From Chiloscyllium plagiosum (Eukaryota), in the NCBI RefSeq assembly GCF_004010195.1, contig NC_057719.1:36605959-36632277 (forward strand): 26,319 nt of DNA, given 5' to 3'. A program made the position numbers and the translations under genes. The notes under the pieces are model-generated. The model worked only from the letters and a program-made list of their open reading frames with translations. It ran no database searches and had not been told where the DNA came from. This document shows, piece after piece, positions 1 to 21,864 of the stretch (the stretch's first letter is position 1; each line of letters opens with the position of its first letter).

Positions 1-180
1 ATTTCTCTGTTCCTATTCATGCCATAACGTTACTCTCAACCAAATACTTGCTTGTGCTCTGAAAGCTTACTAATTATACTTATCAAAGATGTTATCAAAA
101 GGTTATTATTCTCTTTAAACTTCAAACTTTAGAATATAAAAATAGATAAAACAGAAAAGTTGAAATCTTTCAGTCTCTGA

Positions 181-242
181 AATCATAATGGCTACAGTAC
201 AGTAGGAGGCCGTTTGGCCTGTTGTGTCTGTGCTGGCTTTCT
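181..242 (-). mobile_element. Short CR1-type LINE 3' tail remnant
   Basis: atcataatggctacagtacagtaggaggccgtttggcc resembles the reverse complement of a CR1 tail (ggcc..ggcctcct..ctgt stem followed by a short repeat). Confidence 0.5.
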
Positions 243-610
243 AGAGCAATTTGCCTCAGTGTAGAACCAGTAATGACATATGGCAAACCATACATGAAAT
301 TGCCTTCTACAGCAACTTGTAAAATCAAAGAAGATTCCAGAATGTATGAGACTTAATTGCTGCATGTTATTTTGCTGATTTAATTGAAAGTGCCTTAGTA
401 CTACTATAGTGGAAATTCAATGTGATTGTGTGTACATGTTAAGAAATTGAATTTTAAAATGTATAAAACCAATAAGTTGTATTGTATTGTATAGCATGGG
501 CAGGCTTTTCCCCTGTGCTTTGGGTCATCTCTCTGTGAAATGGGCATCAGAAGCCTGTGCTAGGAGGAAATAGTCATCTGTAATTGTCCCCAAATTGCCA
601 ATTAATTTCA

Positions 611-752
611 AAATCCCTTTTACTCAGAGGGTTATGAACCATCAGAATTCTCTACCACAGAGGTCTGTGGAGGCTCAGTCTTTGAATATTGTTTTAAGGT
701 ATTGAATGTGGTCAGGCTTGGCATGCTAAGTGGCCTGTTCCCATTCCTATGT
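611..752 (+). mobile_element. Decayed CR1 LINE 3' fragment
   Basis: tttactcagagggttatgaacc..gaattctctaccacagagg..gtggaggct (FTQRV..NSLPQ..VEA), then a tail-like ggcctgttcccattcctatgtt. Confidence 0.6.
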
Positions 753-796
753 TTGTAATAGGCTAGCAATGGGCTTGCATTGTCACTAAATATGGC

Positions 797-1090
797 AGGA
801 GTCCAGAACTAGAGGGCATAGATTTAGGGTGAGAGGAGAAAGATACAAAAGAGATCTAAGGGGCAATGGTTTTATGCAGAGGACGGTACGTGTATGGAAT
901 GAGCTGCCAGAGGAAGTGGTGAAGGCTGATACAATTGCAACATTTAAAAGGCATTTGGATGGTAACATGAATTGGAGGGACATGGGCCGGGTGCTGGCAG
1001 TTGGGACTAGATCAGGTTGGGATATCTGGTCGGCATAGACGGGTTGGACCGAAGGGTCTGTTTCCGTGTTGTAAATCTCTATGACTCTAA
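797..1090 (+). mobile_element. CR1/HER1-type LINE 3' end (ORF2 C-terminus and tail)
   Basis: Peptide SRTRGHRFRVRGERYKRDLRGN.FMQRTVRVWNELPEEVV..FKRHLD; tail ttggaccgaagggtctgtttccgtgttgtaaatctctatgactct. Confidence 0.9.
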
Positions 1091-1562
1091 GTAAGCTGAT
1101 GAAGCTAGAAATCCAATAACAGACCTTAAACACTGGAGAAGCAAAAACTGCTCTTTCAGATAAATAATGGAGATGATACACCCAAAATAGAGCTGAGCTT
1201 TTTCCAACTAATAATAACTTATTACCTAGTAACCAGGCTGCCACAGTGGTGCTCCACCACAAGGTGGCATGCAACAATAGCTGGAGTCAGGCAGGAAGAA
1301 TCTCAAAGCCAACCTGATTCTTGGCTTGCCCTGAGGGGACTACCTCTAGGAAGCTGAACTGTTCCTGCTATGGATGTGGCTGGGAAATTCTGTTTCACTC
1401 TGAAAATGAACCTTAATAAGGATTTAACAAGGTGCACTACCTGTTTCGAAATGTGGTTGGCGAATGGGCAGAGTGGGGAAATTGGTATGGCAGCTGGCAG
1501 CATGAATTTTATGCATCCACAGATCTCCATACCTACTGTAGCCTGTGTCTAAACGTTTAGCC

Positions 1563-2004
1563 GAGAGTCGTAGAGATGTACAGCACAGAAACAGACCCTT
1601 CAGTCCAACTCGTCAATGCCGACCAGATATCCATTTACCAACACTTGACCCATATCCCTCTAAACCCTTCCTATTCATATACCCATCCAGATGTCTTTTA
1701 AAAATTGTAATTGCACCAGCCTCCACCACATCCTCTGGCAGCTCATTCCATGCACACACTACCCTCTGCATGAAAACGTTACTCCTCAAGTCCCTTTTAA
1801 ATTTTTTCCCTCTCGTGCTAAACCTATGCGTTCTAATTGTGGATTCTCCCACCCCAGGGAAAAGACCTTGTCTATTTACCTTATCCACGCCCCTCGTGAT
1901 TTTATAAACCTCTATAAGGTCACCTCTCAGCCTCCAGTGAGAACAGTCCCAGATTATTCTCTCTGTATTCAAACCCTGCAATCCTGGCAACATCCTTGTA
2001 AATC
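1563..2004 (-). mobile_element. CR1/HER1-type LINE 3' end
   Basis: ORF 1613-1993(-) reads RLRGDLIEVYKITRG..QRVVCAWNELPEDVVEAG..FKRHLDGYM. Same tail as 797-1090, in the opposite orientation. Confidence 0.92.
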
Positions 2005-2172
2005 ACTTGGACTCCTTCTGAAATTTTTTTATCTTCAAAAGGTTAAGGCCGCCTATAGCTTTGCTATTGAAAACAGCGTTGAGTTGACTTTATTAATCAG
2101 TTGGAACTGAAAGACAGCCAGCTTCCACATGACTGTGAATTATAAAATTAAAAAAAAAGTTCTTTCACATAG

Positions 2173-2186
2173 GTGCTACCACCAAG
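2173..2186 (+). other. Candidate 14-nt microexon of WARS1 (xGT GCT ACC ACC AAG = [G/S/C/R]ATTK)
   Basis: Context is gttctttcacatAG|gtgctaccaccaag|GTAAGT, a perfect AAG|GTAAGT donor. It ends in phase 0, matching the acceptor at 2457. The peptide resembles GNASK, which precedes the equivalent human junction. Confidence 0.45.
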
Positions 2187-2456
2187 GTAAGTATTGCCCA
2201 ATCTTACGATTTATGTTATGTTTTTAAAAGGAAGTTAAATGAACGTTTGGAGTTTGTTTGTTTTTTTATTAAGCTTCAGAGCAACATTGGCAGAGTTCTG
2301 TTATAAGTCACCAGTTAATCTTCCTGGCTGGTTTCTGAGGTCTGGCATTGGAAGCTAAATGTAGTGAATGTAGCTAAAGGAATGCAAATAATACACAACT
2401 TTCTTTCATTGTAAAAAGAATGATTCATTTTGCAAAATTTCAATCTTTTTATACAG

Positions 2457-15555
<13,099 letters not shown>

Positions 15556-15670
15556 GGACTGATTTCAGAACTGGTGAAACTTTAGAGAATGAAGTCACTT
15601 TTCATTCATCAAGATCTTAACATTGTGCTGAAATTGTGTAACATTATGGATGTATGTTTTAGAATATATT

Positions 15671-15686
15671 AATAAATACCATTAAA
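15671..15686 (+). promoter_or_regulatory. Probable WARS1 polyadenylation signals (AATAAA 15671-15676, ATTAAA 15681-15686)
   Basis: Canonical hexamers about 115 nt after the stop codon, followed by a GT/T-rich stretch near 15712-15780. Confidence 0.7.
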
Positions 15687-16098
15687 TTATAACATTATTT
15701 CCAAAGATACAGTAGTGTGCTTTAGGTGAATGGATTTTTTCTGTCCTCTTACAGCTTCATTCTTGTTCATTGTGTGTTTTTTGTCTATATTCTGTTCAAA
15801 TGATTACAGTTTGCCCAAATTGCAGATCAGAAAGTGCCTGACATTAGATTTTCCATGCAGAGTTATCACCATTATCTTTGCTTGTTTAATTTTTAAAAAA
15901 TCATTTGTCAAAAACACACTACATTATGATAATATTTGCACTCTACAAAGTATTCATTCATTCATGAGAAAGTTTGATACATTTTTATATAACAAATAAG
16001 CATATCCTCAATATCTGGGTTAAGATTTATCATGACACTTCTTGTTGAGTTAACAAAAATGTTAACCTTCTAGATAATTACAAATCCATATCTTATTA

Positions 16099-16860
16099 TA
16101 CAAGCATGGACTACTATCTAAACTGTGAGAAAATTCGTAAAGCCAAAGTACAAAGGGATCTGGGAGTGCTAGTTGAGGATTCTCTAAAGGTAAACATGCA
16201 GGTTGAGTCCGTGATTAAGAAAGCGAATGCAATGTTGTCAATTATCTCAAGAGGGTTGGAATATAAAAGCACTGTTGTGCTACTGAGACTTTATAAAGCT
16301 CTGGTTAGGCCCCATTTGGAGTACTGTGTCCAGTTTTGGTCCCCACACCTCAGGAAGGGCATACTGGCACTGGAGAGTGTCCAGCGGAGATTCACACGGA
16401 TGATCCCTGGAATGGTAGATCTAACATATGAGGAACGGCTGAGGATCCTGGGATTGTATTCATTGGAGTTTAGAAAATTAAGGGGAGATCTAATAGAAAC
16501 TTACAAGATAATACATGGCTTGGAGATGATGGACGCTAGGAAATTGTTTCCGTTAAGCGAGGAGACTAGGACCCGTGGACCCAGCCTTGGAATTAGAGGG
16601 GGTAAATTCAGAACAGAAATGCGGAGACATTTCTTCAGCCAGAGAGTGGTGGACCTGTGGAATTCATTGCCACTAAGTGCAGTGGAGGCTGGGACGCTAA
16701 ATGTCTTCAAGGCAGAAATTGATAAATTCTTGATGTCACAAGGAATTAAAGGCTACGGGGAGAATGCGGGTAAGTGGAGTTGAAATGCCTATCAGCCATG
16801 ATTGAATGGCAGAGTGGACTCGATGGCCATTATTTCCGCTCCTATGTCTTATGGTCTTAT
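16099..16860 (+). mobile_element. Young 5'-truncated CR1 LINE with an intact ORF2 C-terminus (16106-16783, 225 aa)
   Basis: Uninterrupted QRDLGVLV..YKALVRPHLEYCVQFWSP..QRRFTRMIPG..LRGDLIETYKI..FFSQRVVDLWNSLP; tail cctatgtcttatggtcttat; many CpGs retained. Confidence 0.95.
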
Positions 16861-17204
16861 TAGGCTTCTAATCCATCTAGTCTGGTTACTGCATATTGGA
16901 GAAATTCTGAATTTGTGCAGGGAAAGCAAATTTATAGTTTGAGGAAATTGAATAAATGCCTGGAGAATTAAAACAATACTGAGATGTAGGGAAAATACAA
17001 GGGGGTGTGACTAACTGGATTGCTGTTCAGAAGAGCAAATACTGACTCCATGGCTGATTGGCTTTCTTTTGTGATTCAATTTTTAAATGCCTTTTCTAGA
17101 TAAGGTATAGTAATCAAATGCTTTGTTTCTGTGGCTTTAGAACTACTGCCTTTATTGGCTTTCTCTTTTTTTTAAACACTGAGGTATTAAGTCATGTTCT
17201 TTTC

Positions 17205-17850
17205 TGTTAATTCTTGGGATGAGTGCCACTTGTAAGGCCAACATTTAACTCTACCCTTAATCAGATAGTGATTAACTTCCTTCTTCCTTGTGGTGAAGAT
17301 CATTGTGCTGTTGGGTAGAGAGTGGCTAAAGTAGCCATCTTCTTTTTGTAGAAGTGAAATGTTGAAGATACTGGAAATCTGAATGAAGTGATACTTATGC
17401 CCCAGTTCAATTTCTGGTCAATAGTAGCCACTTAAGACATTTATGGTGGAAGATTTGGTGACAGTAATTTTTCTTTATATGTTAATTTAGTCTTTTGCCA
17501 GTGATATACATGCCAGAGGTTGGGTTGGATTGGTTTGGTTTGAATGTTAAAATTGCCCTAAGTCTAGATGTTATCCTGGTCTAGCTACATGTGGATGATT
17601 CATTATCTGAGGAGTTGAATATTTGCAAAATCATTAGTGACCAGTCCTATTTCTAATCTTGTGACGGAGAGATGGTGAAGCAGCTGAATCAACAGAGGAT
17701 GCTGGTCTGAAAGGCATTTGTAGTAATGTTCTGTGACTGAGATGATTAGCCTTCAATAAGCTATCTTACTTTTGAGTAATGCCTTCAGTCAGTGGAGGTT
17801 CACCTTCAACACCCTCCATGGTGTCCAATAACATAATAACAAAGAGAGTG
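17205..17850 (-). mobile_element. Decayed LINE (3' end plus RT remnant), related to 6376-6602
   Basis: gggatgagtgccac..aaggccaacattta (tail, reverse complement); cagttcaatttctggtcaatagta; tcattatctgaggagttg; gatggtgaagcagctgaa. Confidence 0.55.
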
Positions 17851-18019
17851 CTGTGGTCAGGCTGGGTTTTGGGGAGTGCAACTTGCATATATATCAAGAA
17901 ACTGATATTACACATCGCATTATTTGACTGCCTTCAGTGTAGTGTGGCTGTTTGCAATAATACTTGATCTAAATTTCCAGGATGACTGTCAGCTTAGTAA
18001 TGTATGGTTGTATATATTT

Positions 18020-18310
18020 AAGGGGAAGTGGTGTGGTGGTAGATGAAGATGTATCCCACAATGGCAAGGAATGAAATTTAAATTAAATCTGTAATTGAGA
18101 TCTAGTCTCAATAATAGTGACCATTGTCTTCCACATCTGGTTCATTTATGTCCATTTTTTAGTGAAGCAAATTATTCTGTCTGTACCTGTTCTGGGATCT
18201 CATGACTCCGGGTCCACTGTGTGATGTGGGTAACTTTTTATCTGCTCTCAAATAGTGTATGCCATTCATTACATGGCTAAACATTACCCTAGCCATGAAA
18301 GAAGAACAAA
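18020..18310 (+). mobile_element. Decayed tRNA-derived SINE (same family as 10364-10500)
   Basis: gtggtgtggtggta..gaaatttaaattaaatctgtaattgagatctagtctcaataatagtgaccat..catctggttcatttatgtcc..tgactcc..gatgtgg and terminal catgaaagaagaacaaaaa. Confidence 0.55.
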
Positions 18311-18311
18311 A

Positions 18312-19740
18312 AGGACTCTGTCCTCAACATGTGGCCTCAATGTCATTCCACAGCATTGCTACGTAAAACCATCTCCTCGTGACCACAGCCCAACATGAAG
18401 CTGAAAAGGTCATTGCAATCCCTGTCAAAATACTGCAATACAATGGACAAATATGACACCAGTATATGACCTAATCTCCCTTATCTGGAAGGAGGTGAGT
18501 GTGTCTGTAGATCTCCTAGGTGCCACAATTGTGATCATTTTTAAGAAAGGGAATGAGTGGGTTTTTTTTTAATGTAACTATAGTGGTCTCCTTTGTTGTC
18601 TGGCAATGGAAAGCCACTAAGAATCCTTCTAAACTGCTGCTTCCTAATAGCTGAAGATCTCCTAGCAGAGTCTCAATATGGGTTCTGTTCAGTAAGAGGC
18701 ACAGTGGACAGATATTTCATAGCAAGTCCCCCCAAGAAAAATTTTCATACATGGCCCTTGTCACTATCTGATACCTTTGACTCACAGTTTGGGGGGTATT
18801 GTGAAATGTTCTGTCATCACAATTCTCCGCTTTTCATGCTTGCTAATGGATGCACCAGACCCAATATATGTGCAAATTGAGATCAGGCAAGGCTGTATCA
18901 TCATCCCCTCTTCCTAACCATAATATTTTGTGCATGTTCTTGAAGCTTCAAACTGGAATGGAGTTTCTTCATAGATAATCATCACACATTTCAATCTGTG
19001 TAGCTTCCAGTCCAAAACTAAGATCACCCCACCTCTGTCATCAAACTGCAGTACACAGAAAATACTTACGTGACATTCAGGTTCCTCCCTGAGCCACTGT
19101 CAACTCATTCAGTGCCTGAGGCTGAAGCTCTGTGTGCCCTCTACCAGCCTGCACCTGCCATGCAACTTTGATAATCCAGGGACAAAGTCCATGATGAGCC
19201 ATTGGACACCATGGATCAATTCCTGTATCTTGGAAACCTTCCAGTGAGGACAGACATCAACAATGAAATTCAACATTATCTCCAAGGTGCCAGCATAGAC
19301 CCGGCTGTCTGAGGAACTGAGTGTTTGACAAAAACCTCAAACCCAGTACCAAGTTTGTGGTAAGGGCAAGTAACACAATTGTCCTATTATGTTTGTTTCA
19401 GTGACATGGACATTGTACAGCAAATATCTCTAATCCTGAGAGAAATATGACCATTGATACATCTGAAAATCAGTTTTGAAATGAGCATTTTCTAATGTCA
19501 TTTTCCTCTCTCGGGCCATCACCACCCGAGATTACTGTCAAACAGCTGCGTTAGCCAGGCCATATTATTCTCAAGCTTGACACAAGACTCCAAAACCAGC
19601 TCTGCAATCTGAGTTTCTTCATTGGTATTGATTAGCAAGGCAGTCAAAATGCTTCAAGATATCCTCCACCTTTCATGAGTGGGTGGGAGGGAGAAGGAAA
19701 TGCAGAATCCCCATTGATTTATGGGAATCTCTGGGTCAAG
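18312..19740 (+). mobile_element. Decayed RTE-clade LINE RT region
   Basis: Remnants of IWKE..DL..ATIVIIFKKG..NY, RILLN..L.IAEDLLAESQYGFCSVRGTVD, IRQGCII, VIKLQYTE, DQFLYLGNL, DINNEIQHYLQGAS. Confidence 0.8.
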
Positions 19741-19774
19741 ACTGATTTACAAAGTTGTCAAACTTTAGCATTTT

Positions 19775-20100
19775 GGGTGGCACAGTGCTGGGCGGGACAG
19801 TGGCACAGTGGTTAGCACTGCTACCTCACAGCGCCAGAGACCCGGGTTCAATTCCTGCCTCAGGCGACTGTGTGGCGTTTGCACGTTCTCCCCGTGTCTG
19901 CGTGGGTTTCCTCCGGGTGCTCCGGTTTCCTCCCACAGTCCAAAGATGTGCAGGTCAGGTGAATTGGCCATGCTAAATTGCCTGTAGTGTTAGGTAAGGG
20001 GTAAATGTAGGGGCATGGGTGGGTTGCGCTTCGGCGGGTCGGTGTGGACTTGTTGGGCCGAAGGGCCTGTTTCCACGCTGTAATGTAATCTAATCTAATC
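19775..20100 (+). mobile_element. Full-length HE1-type V-SINE (tRNA head, V-domain, HER1 LINE-like tail), preceded by a partial extra head
   Basis: A box TGGCACAGTGG 19801-19811, B box GGTTCAATTCC 19845-19855, V-domain gtttgcacgttctccccgtgtctgcgtgggtttcctccgggtgctccggtttcctcccac, tail gggccgaagggcctgtttcc followed by (TAATC)n. Confidence 0.92.
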
Positions 20101-20192
20101 ATCTCCAACAGAACTGATGCAAACAGCAAAAGGAGCAGAGAGACAATTAAACAGACTGAATGAACACTTATTGTTTTATCAATCTTTAAAGT

Positions 20193-20406
20193 AATACTCA
20201 GTTCCTCAGACCCCCAAAGTCTATACTGGCACCTTGGAGGTAATGTTGAGATTCATTGATGTCTGTCCTCACTAGAAGGTTTCCAAGTTATAGGAATTGA
20301 TCCACATTGTTCAATGACTTGTCTTGGACCTTGATAATCCAGGGACAATGTTGTATGGCAGGAGCAGGATGGTAGAGGACATGCAGAGCTTCAGCCTAAG
20401 GCACTG
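20193..20406 (-). repeat. Inverted copy of the RTE segment at 19110-19325
   Basis: The reverse complement aligns by hand at about 85% identity (7/57 and 12/75 mismatches in the two blocks counted). Confidence 0.9.
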
Positions 20407-21218
20407 CTTCTGAAAGATGCAATTTTTAAAATTACCACAAACTATTGAACTGGGAACTCAATAATAATCAGCAGGTTTTTCTTTCAAATAGATTTTAGCT
20501 TTGTGCAGACATTTGCACAGAACCACTGTTTGACTACTTAAATAACCACTCCCTATTTCTCCCATCCACCTACCAAACTGGCACTAACAGGGCAATTGAG
20601 TACAGTCCTGATGTACATTGCTGTCTGTTTAGATCATGACACTATTATCTCTTTCCCTTACCAGCTGACAATGGCAAATACTGACTAATATCAGTCGCAA
20701 AATACTCCATACAAGGCCAAGCCCTAAAGCACAATTCCCTGATACAATGACACAATAGCATAGTATGCAGCTAGCACGCAATCTTCAAGCAGACCAAAGT
20801 ATTTGGAGTAAATGTCAGCTCACCATTCAGATTGTGTACATCTTAATGTAATTCCCTAGCAATATAGTAATATAAAAGTGGCTTATTTTGTCTAAGGACA
20901 CAGGATTGGATGTATTGAGGAAAAACTGTTTTCAATTTGCACTGAAAATGACTTATCTCTAGAGACCATAATTTGCAATGAATAATATCTATGACCGAAT
21001 GAGAACTTCCTTAAACTGTCTGCCTTAGCATTTTATTCATGCTTCCACATGTAAAACACACTGATTTTGGGTTGCAACTTAAACTGTAACCTCTTCCCCA
21101 TTAATGCAGACTGTCAGTGAAATCTTTTAAAATGGCCCAAACCAGAATCTGCATTTGTTGACCTGCAACCAACTTTAACCATCCACAAATCTTTCTGTGA
21201 CTTAGTTAACCAGGTTGA

Positions 21219-21243
21219 GGGGGCAGGGGGGAGGGGAAGGGGG
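21219..21243 (+). other. G-quadruplex-forming motif G5-CA-G6-A-G4-AA-G5
   Basis: Four G-runs of at least 4 with loops of 1-2 nt, read directly. Confidence 0.65.
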
Positions 21244-21864
21244 AATGCAATGGAAGCTTGGGAATTGCAGTAGTTTGTGAAAATTGTGTGTGTGTGTATA
21301 TAGCACCAAGTTTAAATCTTTTGCAGAATCATCAGTAAAGGCAAGTGTCTAATTAAAATTAAACCCTTTATCCCTTTCCATTTACTCAGACTTCCTCTGT
21401 GTTGAGGAACAGTATGAAGGTGTAGTAGTCTTGAAGTGATGTTACACTTCACTGGTGTGATTGAATTATATTCCTTAGTAAAGGTCATGTATCACTTCTC
21501 ATTTTGGAAATTACTGTTCCATGAGTAAAATCTAGTACAAATTGGTGGTTGATACTAATTCTCCAGGATTGAAGGCTTTATTATGTTGACTTTGATAACA
21601 GCTTACAGTCAACTGTCTGCATTCCTGACTGCGTATTTTGGGAGAGAAGAGCTTTAGTCATTGATAAGTTGTTTTATTTTGTTTCTCGTATGCTCTGAGA
21701 TTCTGAGGTATGAAATGAGACGTGATGTTCTCCAAATGCTTTGATTTCAACATGCTCTGCATTCTTAATTGTTCAGTATTGCTCATTGAAGGGACTGCTG
21801 TATATTAATGATTGAAGGCTCCATTGCTTTACAGATCTGTCTAAAGTTGAAGTGTATTCTATCA

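Noticed and set aside
786..2110. Overlapping ORFs of 120-163 aa on both strands
   Set aside because: They are sense, antisense or alternate-frame readings of the two CR1 fragments.
1..2172. WARS1 ATG exon, promoter or CpG island
   Set aside because: No WHEP N-terminal peptide or CpG-rich segment is seen, so these probably lie upstream of the window. ATG 2129 gives a non-WHEP peptide in the wrong phase for the 2187 donor.
16106..16783. Longest ORF (225 aa) as a host or domesticated gene
   Set aside because: It is the standard CR1 ORF2 C-terminus with the LINE tail attached and no RT core. Its intactness is explained by young age.
19790..19862. tRNA gene
   Set aside because: A and B boxes are present, but they continue into a V-domain and LINE tail, so this is a SINE head. 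I could not draw a proper cloverleaf.
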